NCBI GenBank assembly: GCA_018221245.1
Contig: JAAOYH010000033.1
Location: 1-40,807, forward strand
Origin: Candidatus Woesearchaeota archaeon
Lineage (GTDB): Archaea > Nanobdellota > Nanobdellia > Woesearchaeales > UBA525
DNA: 40,807 nt
Direction: 5' to 3'
The notes beneath the pieces were generated by a model. The model saw nothing but the letters and a program-made list of their open reading frames with translations. It was not told the origin of the DNA and ran no database searches. This document shows positions 24,419 to 32,530 of the stretch, piece after piece. Within the stretch, counting starts at the first letter, position 1. The number at the start of each line of letters is the position of its first letter. Both the position numbers and the translations under genes were made by a program.

Positions 24419-25753
24419 TTAAACTACGCGTTTGATTGTGACTTGGCGCATCTGCACCTCACTATATCCGTACCAAAGTTCCACCACTAGAGGTGACTGG
24501 TAGGCTGATTTTATTGAAGTGAATTGTATAGGATACGTGCAAGTGGTGCTTCCTGCCTGTGTGTTCGGGTCCAGCCTTATAGGGTTCGGATAGCAAGATA
24601 TACCTTCTCTTCCTCCACGACCTATGAGGCCTATGCTTCCTACACGAACATCACCGACGTAAACTGTGTTCTTGTGCTCCAACGTGACGCGGCCAGGATA
24701 GTACGGGCTGCATCTCTCTAGTTGCCCTGGATCCCACACTGTTCCTCTGCCTATGTTCTTGACATTAATTCTGAATATGATTTTTCTCGGGGAATTCTCT
24801 TGTTCTATGCTTGTTATTCCAACAGGAGCTCCATTTCCGCCATTCCAGGTCCTGCTCCTTGGATAGCATACCTTCCTGACGTCATCGAAAGGCGCAGGAT
24901 CTATGCATACTACTGGATCGGCGTAGGTCGTGTAGAGATAGCAGCTAGTCATCATGAACGTCTGCTGTGTCTGGTCTAACCCTATAGGCCAGTCCACTAT
25001 GTGCCCGTTATAGACTAGGAAATCCGATTCTCCTCCTGGGAACTCGTACGTATCTCCTGCCAAGAGGAACTCTATCCCTCCGTTTATGTTGAAGTTGATG
25101 CCTGATAGGATTTGGATTAATAGTATTCCGTTCTGGTACCACTCCACATTCGCATATAGGTCTCCAACGTTTATCCAGAAGAAGTTCTCCCCATATGATG
25201 AGTCATAACCAACGCTGAAATCCACGTTGTCTGATGGCCACCAGTTTTTGCTAAAGCGGTCGCCTATGCCCCGGATGAGGTCTGCGATGCTGTCGATCCT
25301 TATGCTCGTTCTGTCGCCCGCTATGACTTCTGTGCCGTCGCACCTGACGATCACACCGTACTCTCCAAACCCTATATTGCCCAAACCTATACCGCAAGCA
25401 CCCACGCCCCCATCCCTGATAGGGATTTCGTCGAACATTATCATGTTTGGATCGTAACCAGAGATGTAAATACCTCCTCGGCTATAGCTCGCTCCTTTAT
25501 TCCATAGCTCAACACCCAATGTGAAGTCGTTAGCAGATGTATCTTGTGCTCCATAATAGTAAAGTCTCGTCGGGAAGCTTACGTATCTGGCCTGAATGCC
25601 ATCGCTACCCTTATAGTATTTCGCGTACTCGTTAATTCTGCTGTTATTGTTTCTTCCACCCCACCAAGTACAACCCGAGAGCATGAGCACACAGAGCAAG
25701 AGTGCCACGACCATCGTTCTCGTCTTCACCACGTCGATATCTCTCCTTGTCAT
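24419..25753 (-). CDS. Envelope-cluster protein D: lipobox-type secreted protein, paralog-family member
   Basis: MTRRDIDVVKTRTMVVALLLCVLMLSG|C. Family motifs: GVELWNKGASY, MTSCYLYTTYADPVVC, GGNGAPVGITSIEQ, RINVKNIGRG and ELWYGYSEVQMRQVTIKRV. The ORF opens with TTG at 25786. Confidence 0.7.
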   Translation of the reverse strand: MTRRDIDVVKTRTMVVALLLCVLMLSGCTWWGGRNNNSRINEYAKYYKGSDGIQARYVSFPTRLYYYGAQDTSANDFTLGVELWNKGASYSRGGIYISGYDPNMIMFDEIPIRDGGVGACGIGLGNIGFGEYGVIVRCDGTEVIAGDRTSIRIDSIADLIRGIGDRFSKNWWPSDNVDFSVGYDSSYGENFFWINVGDLYANVEWYQNGILLIQILSGINFNINGGIEFLLAGDTYEFPGGESDFLVYNGHIVDWPIGLDQTQQTFMMTSCYLYTTYADPVVCIDPAPFDDVRKVCYPRSRTWNGGNGAPVGITSIEQENSPRKIIFRINVKNIGRGTVWDPGQLERCSPYYPGRVTLEHKNTVYVGDVRVGSIGLIGRGGREGISCYPNPIRLDPNTQAGSTTCTYPIQFTSIKSAYQSPLVVELWYGYSEVQMRQVTIKRVV

Positions 25754-25767
25754 GTTTTTAAATGTTG

Positions 25768-27486
25768 CTAGACCCACTGCTCCCAAGGCTTATTATTCAT
25801 GTGGGATCTGATAGTATCATAGTATTGTTGAGTCTTTACAGGATCGTTTCCGTTGTATCTCTTGATAGCTGTTGGCCAATCACCATACTGACCGTATAGT
25901 CTCTTAAGATACCTTGCACCATAATCAACGTTGTAGGAAGCTTCCTGTTCTCCTTTCGTGATATTATATGAAGGATGGTAATCTTCGTGAATCTGCAGTA
26001 TACCATGCGCCTTGCCCCCATCATTAGAACCTGAGGGCCAATTGTCCCAAGTACTCTCTTGGTATGCAATCGCCTTGAGTACGTCTTTAGGAAGGCTATA
26101 TCTCTTCTCCAAGATTTCAAGAAGTGAATTGATTTGTTGCTTGCTTGGGTCAGGCCCAACATTCGGAACCCTGGTCCCATCAGGCGTCATGATTGAGAAC
26201 AGCTCACCCTCAGATACTACAATCCGTTCGTCAGTACAACACTCCAGTGCATCAGGACAGTATCCTCCTGCAAAGCACCTGTTTGAGCCCTTAAGCTGTA
26301 CGCACCTGTCGAATGTGCAGGCACAGCTGAAATCGCTATTGATACCTCTAAGTTCAGAGGGAGCCTCATCAGGATGCTCAGCATAATACCTGCACTCTGT
26401 GTAAGCATATCCTTGATCGTCTTTTACAATATCATCTCCTCTGTACATGTAACCAGTATATTGTCCATCTGCGTAGACATTTAACTCAGGAATCACAGGC
26501 CTCTGGGTTCCTGGAACTCTGACTATCTCTAAATCCGCGGTTGCAGTAGTAGTATAGATGTATGACAAGTTCACTACAAGCGCCGTGACGAAGTTCTGTT
26601 TTCTCTGGTAAATTGGGTTGGTCAATTCATTCACAGGGACTGAGCACCTGACCTCTCCAGTTCCCATGTGCAACTTTACGAACTCGCTAGGCTGGCATTC
26701 AAGAGGAGTATCAAGAAGCCATGCTTGCACTCTGACTGTGTTGATTTCATCAGGAGATATGTCCTTTAGGAAACATGCAGTAGACATCTCGAGCCCATCA
26801 TGACCTATTATTCTACCCTCACCAACATCCTTCATGTGAATCACAAAGTGTGGCCTAATGCTCTCTATACCAAGAAGAGTATCAATAACTGGGAAGGACA
26901 TAACCTCTATGTAATTTATCGCTATTGGCGCACCTTGACCGCCCGAAAAACTTATGTCAACTTGGTTACAGGCCTGCTGTCTCGCGCCATCAGAATATAT
27001 GTCTGTGTTGATGCATACCTCAGCCCCTGCGGTTGTTGTGTATCTGTAACAAAGGCTAGTTATTATCTGTGTCGTGGGGCTCTCACGGGCACCATATATG
27101 GGCTTGACTGCGAAGCTGCTCTCGATAGGTATTGAAAACAATCGCTTATCTCCTATTGGGAATGATAAACTCTTGCCAGGTATGCTCTCATGATCCTGGT
27201 CAAGCGATAGGAAATCAAAAGGATAGTTGATGTTCTCCTGTACATATAGAGGGTCGGACGCGAAGCGGAGAATCATGTCGTCGTACAGCACGTCTCTCGC
27301 GCCCTCATTTGTTATCTCCACCTTGACTGGGAAAAGCGTTGCTTCGTATACCTTTTCAGGAGGTGCGTTCTCTGCGAACTCAATGACAAGACCCTCTGTG
27401 CCCTTGTACTTGACGAAATCTAGATTTCTTGGTCCACAAGCAGTCATAAAGAGAAGCAAGACTATGATTGCAAACACGTATTTCAT
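25768..27486 (-). CDS. Envelope-cluster protein C: paralog-family domain, Cys-rich linker and C-terminal SLT lytic transglycosylase domain
   Basis: MKYVFAIIVLLLFMTA|C. Family motifs: VEITNEGARDV, SLCYRYTTTAGAEVC, GGQGAPIAINYIEV, HMKDVGEG and LSYIYTTTATADLEIVRV. The linker carries 9 Cys. The SLT motifs are AIAYQESTW (catalytic E-S), GILQI, YGARYLKRLY and AIKRYNGN. Confidence 0.8.
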   Translation of the reverse strand: MKYVFAIIVLLLFMTACGPRNLDFVKYKGTEGLVIEFAENAPPEKVYEATLFPVKVEITNEGARDVLYDDMILRFASDPLYVQENINYPFDFLSLDQDHESIPGKSLSFPIGDKRLFSIPIESSFAVKPIYGARESPTTQIITSLCYRYTTTAGAEVCINTDIYSDGARQQACNQVDISFSGGQGAPIAINYIEVMSFPVIDTLLGIESIRPHFVIHMKDVGEGRIIGHDGLEMSTACFLKDISPDEINTVRVQAWLLDTPLECQPSEFVKLHMGTGEVRCSVPVNELTNPIYQRKQNFVTALVVNLSYIYTTTATADLEIVRVPGTQRPVIPELNVYADGQYTGYMYRGDDIVKDDQGYAYTECRYYAEHPDEAPSELRGINSDFSCACTFDRCVQLKGSNRCFAGGYCPDALECCTDERIVVSEGELFSIMTPDGTRVPNVGPDPSKQQINSLLEILEKRYSLPKDVLKAIAYQESTWDNWPSGSNDGGKAHGILQIHEDYHPSYNITKGEQEASYNVDYGARYLKRLYGQYGDWPTAIKRYNGNDPVKTQQYYDTIRSHMNNKPWEQWV

Positions 27487-29276
27487 CTGACTCTCACCAC
27501 CGAGCTCTCTTCTATAGTATACTTGTAGTGTGCTACGGCGATGAAGCTCCTCATGACCTTGTCGCCTAGATTTGCGAGGTTCATGGCTTGCTGGGAGTCA
27601 TCTATACCTAGCTTGCATGTTATGCTAGTGAATCCTGTTATTGGCCCCGTCTCCAGATTCGTGAAAATGTAGTTAGTATAGTCTGGATCATTCTCGTCCT
27701 GTTCCTGGCCACACACTTCATAGTTGTCTTTACAACGATCACAATCATATACGTAGAACGGTCTCGGGACCTTGAGCTCGTACTTATCTACCTTGTTTAG
27801 ACTGCCACCTCCTCTTTGAGGGTCTAGCATTATCCCTATCCTGGTCCCTTCTGGTAAGTAAGGGTCTTCCTGGATTATCCTAATAGGCTGCGGCGTCCCA
27901 CCCATACCAAGAGATACTGGACCTGAAGTGTATATCGCCTCGGGCTCTGCATCTATGTCTAATTCTTTCCTGACGTCTAATCCTTGTCTCGCCATGTTTC
28001 TCACACGCTCGTCATCCACAAAAGTGTATGTGATATAAGACCATGTCTGGAATGGGAATGTGGCCTGGGCTTTGGCTCTGTAGTTCCCTTTCTGGAAAGG
28101 CTTCAGGAATGTGCATTCGAAAGTCCCGGATGTTCCGTAAGGAATATCTAGGATTATAGGATCAGGCACTGCTTCCTGGATATCGCGACCTTCCACCACA
28201 CATGTAGGCATTACCCGGACGCTATCGCTCTCCTCCAAGAATGACTTGGCATACACGCTACCATAGAGCACCACAGTACTCGTGTTCGTGAACTCAGGGT
28301 CTATAGTCCTGAAATTCTCTATTACCACCCCCATTTCCCCTTTGGAATTCTTCTCTACTCTCCCTGTATAGTATGCTCCTGGATTGAGTGTCTGGTTGTA
28401 TACATCATAGATGTTGTCTCCTAAAGAGTTGAACTTCTCCCACAGAAGGGTCCACATCCCAGTCACAGGATTTACAGTATTCTCTGCAGGGTCAAGCCAG
28501 TCAGGCATGAGGTCTACCCCTGTGCCAGTAGCAGCAGACATGAATACAATTATCAGAGGGATAGCAACTACAACAAATATATAGATTCTGAACGCCTTCG
28601 CAGCACCCTCTTTTTCTTGAGCGATTCTCTGCCAGAAATATACAGGCCAAATGGGGATGTATAGTGCTACAAACCCAGAAACGATATTGACTGCATCATA
28701 CGACTGATAAGTACTTGTAATCTCTGGAAGGATATACACCATAGCAGCGAATAAAGATATACCTACCAAGCTCTGAACACGCCTCTCTCCAGATACAAAG
28801 AACCAGGCAATAGCAATTGAACCTGACATCGCGATATAGACAGGAAGCATTAGCAACTTAGGAGCACCTGAAAAGATATACACCAACATATGAGCCATCA
28901 ATGCTATGAAAAAGAACAGCTCCGCCAAGGACATAGTATCCTTGCTAGACTTCTTGCCTTTACCCCCTCCCCCTTTCCTTGTGAGTGTTGCAGTTCCAGG
29001 TGTAGCGCCTGGAGTTACTCCGCGCTTCAGGCTATCCTCCATTGCTTTTGCCCGTCTCTCTTCTGCTATTGCCTGCCTTTCTGCAGCATCTGCTAGTCTA
29101 CTTTCGCCTTTTGCTTCTGAAGCCTGAGATCTTGCCATACTTTCTTGGGCATTGCTATTCCTATGGAGTTCCTCTTCTATCTCTCTTTGAAGTTTCTTCT
29201 CATACTCCTCAGCCGCTTTCTCCTTCTCGTCGGCCTCTTTAATCTTCTTGTCGAAATCGTCAGGCAAGCCTACCAC
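27483..29276 (-). CDS. Envelope-cluster protein B: cytoplasmic charged coiled coil, five TM helices and an extracellular paralog-family domain
   Basis: The first roughly 120 aa are E/K/A-rich and end in GGGGKGKKSSK. Five hydrophobic helices follow. The C-terminal roughly 320 aa carry VVIENFRTIDPEF, the TSGPVSLGMGGTPQPIRIIQ motif and AHYKYTIEESSVVRVR. It has a GTG start, and its stop overlaps the start of gene C (ATGA). Confidence 0.65.
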   Translation of the reverse strand: MVGLPDDFDKKIKEADEKEKAAEEYEKKLQREIEEELHRNSNAQESMARSQASEAKGESRLADAAERQAIAEERRAKAMEDSLKRGVTPGATPGTATLTRKGGGGKGKKSSKDTMSLAELFFFIALMAHMLVYIFSGAPKLLMLPVYIAMSGSIAIAWFFVSGERRVQSLVGISLFAAMVYILPEITSTYQSYDAVNIVSGFVALYIPIWPVYFWQRIAQEKEGAAKAFRIYIFVVVAIPLIIVFMSAATGTGVDLMPDWLDPAENTVNPVTGMWTLLWEKFNSLGDNIYDVYNQTLNPGAYYTGRVEKNSKGEMGVVIENFRTIDPEFTNTSTVVLYGSVYAKSFLEESDSVRVMPTCVVEGRDIQEAVPDPIILDIPYGTSGTFECTFLKPFQKGNYRAKAQATFPFQTWSYITYTFVDDERVRNMARQGLDVRKELDIDAEPEAIYTSGPVSLGMGGTPQPIRIIQEDPYLPEGTRIGIMLDPQRGGGSLNKVDKYELKVPRPFYVYDCDRCKDNYEVCGQEQDENDPDYTNYIFTNLETGPITGFTSITCKLGIDDSQQAMNLANLGDKVMRSFIAVAHYKYTIEESSVVRVR

Positions 29277-29328
29277 CTCGTTCGAAGAAATTCCTCACCT
29301 CATGTGTGATAGGATAATTCATGCATAC

Positions 29329-30597
29329 TCATACCAGCTCGATCCTCAGTTCAGATATGTCCAAACGGTCTATATGCGGAATCACCTGAATCGTGTTCGG
29401 CCCCGGATTCAGAATCGCAGGGTCGATGATTGCCTGGTAGTAGATATCCTGGGTGCTGAAAGACTGAACAAAGCCATCTATGATGACCTCTCCTGATTTC
29501 ACATTTCTATAATCCGCGAACCTCATCGTCAGGCGGATGAACCGTTCTCCCGCATCTACGATATCAAACATATCTCTTGGCAAATTGAAGTAGTAGACAG
29601 GATAGTCATTCTCAGTCATCTCCACGACAACCTTGATTCTGTCAACTACATACTGTCCTCCATCCGAGGCGAACAGCAGGCGGTTCTCACCTTCCCTGAG
29701 GAAGTCTTTAGGAATATCTGTAGTGAATCTTATTCCGCAATCGATGAACCCTGTGTAGAGCAGATTAGGAATTACCCTGCTCATATTGTACTCATCACGT
29801 ACCATGCGCGAGTTCATGTGTATCGTGAGTCTTCCTGAGTTCCTAGGGTCACAATCTGGGACGAACTCTAGGCGAGCCTGCTCGTATCCTGCTATCTCAC
29901 GCTCCTGGATGCTGAATGTCTGCTCACTCACAGAGCCAGAAGTGTCTATTAGGTCTCCGCTAATCAGTATGTTATGAAGGATGTACGTGTTCGGTTGCCA
30001 GAAAGCTATCCCAACATCTGTAGTCCTAAATGTAAGCTTGTTGTCCCCGTCCTGGATATAATCCAGAGGAAGAGGTATGGGCTGAGGAGTTCTCTCTCTC
30101 ACAGGCCGCTCGTAGAGAAGATTGCCGTTCAGGTAGACTGCTAGAGCACCGTACCCTGACTGGTCTACGTTGAAGCTCAGTAAGTAGTTACGCCCCGCCG
30201 CTTTGTTAGCACGAAAGGATATGTCCAGGTCTCTCCTGGCGAATACGCCATTCTTCACGATTGCCGTGTCTATACTCTGTATCTCCTGGGTCATCACCCG
30301 CGTGAATATCGTCGCGCTTGGAATCGAATGTTCCATCACAGGGGATTTGAGAAGCCTCAAGGAGCCCGGTGTCTCGGTCATGATGAGCACAGATCCATAG
30401 TTGACTGAGTTATACCCTCCCGTGTATCCTGAGTTCCAATTGTTGAACCCTCCTGATCCATCCTCACCGAAAAGCAGTGCGTTTCTATCCTCTGGAGACA
30501 GGAAAAGAAGGTATAGGATAATGAGTCCCGCGATGGTCGCGACGAGAACCGCTGCGCCGGATGCATTTTGTGCTCGACGAGAGAGCTGCCTAGTCAT
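29329..30597 (-). CDS. Envelope-cluster protein A: N-terminally anchored protein with three tandem beta-sandwich (lectin-like) repeats
   Basis: MTRQLSRRA|QNASGAAVLVATIAGLIILYLLFL is a signal anchor and possibly a class III signal. Three roughly 100-aa repeats each end in GxNxL/IxF/V plus a hydrophobic strand: DGDNKLTFRTT..YILHNILISG; EGENRLLFASDGGQYVVDRIKVVV; PGPNTIQVIPHIDRLDISELRIELV. Confidence 0.65.
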   Translation of the reverse strand: MTRQLSRRAQNASGAAVLVATIAGLIILYLLFLSPEDRNALLFGEDGSGGFNNWNSGYTGGYNSVNYGSVLIMTETPGSLRLLKSPVMEHSIPSATIFTRVMTQEIQSIDTAIVKNGVFARRDLDISFRANKAAGRNYLLSFNVDQSGYGALAVYLNGNLLYERPVRERTPQPIPLPLDYIQDGDNKLTFRTTDVGIAFWQPNTYILHNILISGDLIDTSGSVSEQTFSIQEREIAGYEQARLEFVPDCDPRNSGRLTIHMNSRMVRDEYNMSRVIPNLLYTGFIDCGIRFTTDIPKDFLREGENRLLFASDGGQYVVDRIKVVVEMTENDYPVYYFNLPRDMFDIVDAGERFIRLTMRFADYRNVKSGEVIIDGFVQSFSTQDIYYQAIIDPAILNPGPNTIQVIPHIDRLDISELRIELV

Positions 30598-30620
30598 AGC
30601 TCAAATCCGGCCAAGCGGCA

Positions 30621-30630
30621 TATATAAATA
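30621..30630. promoter_or_regulatory. Single shared TATA element between divergent gene A and pelota
   Basis: The tatataaata motif is centred 28-29 nt from both ATG 30597 (minus) and ATG 30654 (plus). The intergenic region is only 56 nt. Confidence 0.5.
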
Positions 30631-30653
30631 TTTCTCTTTGTTTTCCTCGATAG

Positions 30654-31691
30654 ATGAAGATTCTGCAAAGGGATTGGAAGCAGGGTCGCGTCAAGCTGAT
30701 GCCCGAGACCGGTGACGATCTCTGGTACCTCCACACCCTTATTGACGATAAGGATAGGGTAGAGGGTCAGAGCGAGTACAAGTTCAAGCTCGGTTCGGCA
30801 GACAGCAAGGTACGCGTCGTGAAGAAGCGCGTCTGGGTAGCCATCCAGGTCGCACGTAACGAGTTGGAAGGCTCTTCTCTTAGGATATCCGGCGACGTAG
30901 TGGACGGCTCAGAGGATGTTCCTAGAGGAAGCCATCACGGCCTCGATATCTCTGTAGGTACCGAAATCACACTCGTAAAGGACAGATGGCTGGATTTCCA
31001 CAAGGAGAAGCTTGACGAAGCTGTGAAGAGCGCAAGGCTGAAGACCCTTCTCGTGCTTTTCGACAGGGAGCGCGCATTATTCTTCCTATTGACACCTAGC
31101 GGACACAAGAAGCTCCTGGACATCAAGGGAGACATCCCCAAAAAAGGCCTTGACGAGAAGAAGCAGCACACGTTCTACAATGATATAGTACAGCACCTGG
31201 AATCGCTGGATGCACGCCATAAGAGCAGCCGAATCGTTGCAGCGAGCCCGAGCTTCTGGAACGAGTACCTGAAGAAAGAGCTCAAGGGAGATATATCCAA
31301 GAAAGTCATTTTCACATCCGTGAGCGGAGCAGAAGAGGCAGCCATTCCTGAACTTCTCAAGAGACCTGAGCTCCAGAAGGCTCTAGACGGCGAGCGCTCA
31401 GCCAGGGAAGCCATAATGGTAGAAGAGCTCATGGAAGCGCTCGGCAAGGACAAGCTAATCTATGGGCATGACGATCTCAAGAAAGCCATCTCTGAAGGCA
31501 ACATAACATCACTCACAGTCACAGAGCATGAGATTTCCAAGAGGCGTGACTCGGGAAATTTCGAGGAGCTGGAAGAGCTGATGAAAGCTGCTTCGGATGT
31601 GGGCGCGTCTGTCCATCTTCTGAGCACTGAGCACGCCATGTCTAAGATAGACGGGTTAGGAGGCGCCGTCGGCGTAAAGCGATGGCAATAG
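30654..31691 (+). CDS. pelA: Pelota (Dom34) ribosome-rescue / no-go decay factor
   Basis: 345 aa. The N-terminus is MKILQRDWKQGRVKLMPETGDDLWYLHTLI, and the central and C-terminal domains are eRF1-like. Confidence 0.9.
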   Translation: MKILQRDWKQGRVKLMPETGDDLWYLHTLIDDKDRVEGQSEYKFKLGSADSKVRVVKKRVWVAIQVARNELEGSSLRISGDVVDGSEDVPRGSHHGLDISVGTEITLVKDRWLDFHKEKLDEAVKSARLKTLLVLFDRERALFFLLTPSGHKKLLDIKGDIPKKGLDEKKQHTFYNDIVQHLESLDARHKSSRIVAASPSFWNEYLKKELKGDISKKVIFTSVSGAEEAAIPELLKRPELQKALDGERSAREAIMVEELMEALGKDKLIYGHDDLKKAISEGNITSLTVTEHEISKRRDSGNFEELEELMKAASDVGASVHLLSTEHAMSKIDGLGGAVGVKRWQ

Positions 31692-32530
31692 AGGATCTCG
31701 TCAAGCTTGTGAAGTCCAAAAAGGAGCTTGAGAATCTGGATGACCAGTACGTGCAGGAAAAGTTAGAGAGATATTTCGAAGCACATCCTAAGATCCTGGA
31801 GAAACTGGCAGCCAGCAAGACTATTGAGCAATTCACGCGAAGCAAAGTGTACAAAGAGATGCTGAAACATCTCAGAAAATCTCTAAGGACCGTCTACGGG
31901 GTATTCCAGAAAGGCGACAGATACGGGCTCCTGAATATGATTGCTAAAGAATCTGACCTTGATAGGCAAAAAATGCTGGTTGGGGAACTCTTGCAGACTC
32001 ACACCAGCACAAAAGAACGCCTCGCGGACTACTACATAATCTACAAAGAGCTATCTGAAAGATTGCCCGCCCCTAACATAGTAATAGATCTTGGCTGTGG
32101 ACTCAATCCACTCAGTCATCAGTACATGGAACGTCATGGCTGGTCTCCCAAATGGATAGCAACAGATATCAGCACAGCCGACATGGAGTTCTTGCAGACA
32201 TGTTTCGACACACTTGACATTCCTGGAAAGACTCTGAGACTTGACCTTACAAAGGACTACGAGAAAATAAAAAATCTCAAAGGCGACGTCACGTTCCTGT
32301 TCAAACTATTGGATTCTTTAGAAGAAGTAGAAAGACACATCAGCTACAAGATATTCGACAACATCACTACGCCTTACATCGTAACTAGCTTTCCAACCAG
32401 GTCTCTAGGGGGTAAAAAAACAATAGCAAAAGCATCCAGGACTTGGTTTGAGCGATTATTGAAGCGTAAAAATCTGAAGTGGGAAACCTTCAACACAGAG
32501 AATGAGCTGTTCTATGTGATTAAAACTTGA
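31682..32530 (+). CDS. FmrO/Rmt/ArmA-family 16S rRNA (guanine1405-N7)-methyltransferase homolog
   Basis: The blocks HTSTKERL, VIDLGCGLNPL, FLFKLLDSLEEVER, TSFPTRSLGGKK and ELFYVIK match the conserved blocks of RmtB/ArmA as I remember them. The gene overlaps the pelota stop by 10 nt. Confidence 0.7.
   Translation: MAIEDLVKLVKSKKELENLDDQYVQEKLERYFEAHPKILEKLAASKTIEQFTRSKVYKEMLKHLRKSLRTVYGVFQKGDRYGLLNMIAKESDLDRQKMLVGELLQTHTSTKERLADYYIIYKELSERLPAPNIVIDLGCGLNPLSHQYMERHGWSPKWIATDISTADMEFLQTCFDTLDIPGKTLRLDLTKDYEKIKNLKGDVTFLFKLLDSLEEVERHISYKIFDNITTPYIVTSFPTRSLGGKKTIAKASRTWFERLLKRKNLKWETFNTENELFYVIKT

Noticed and set aside
23405-30597. Reading the envelope cluster as a type IV secretion/conjugation or type IV pilus locus (lytic transglycosylase, polytopic membrane protein, lipoproteins and a pilin-like signal)
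   Set aside because: No VirB4/VirD4/PilB-type ATPase, relaxase, prepilin peptidase or platform protein is present in or next to the cluster. The four paralogs do not resemble VirB components by any motif I can see.
23405-30597. Diversity-generating retroelement targeting the surface proteins, as known in some DPANN archaea
   Set aside because: No reverse-transcriptase ORF was found, and no template/variable repeat pair (near-identical roughly 100-nt repeats differing at A positions) was seen in or around the cluster.
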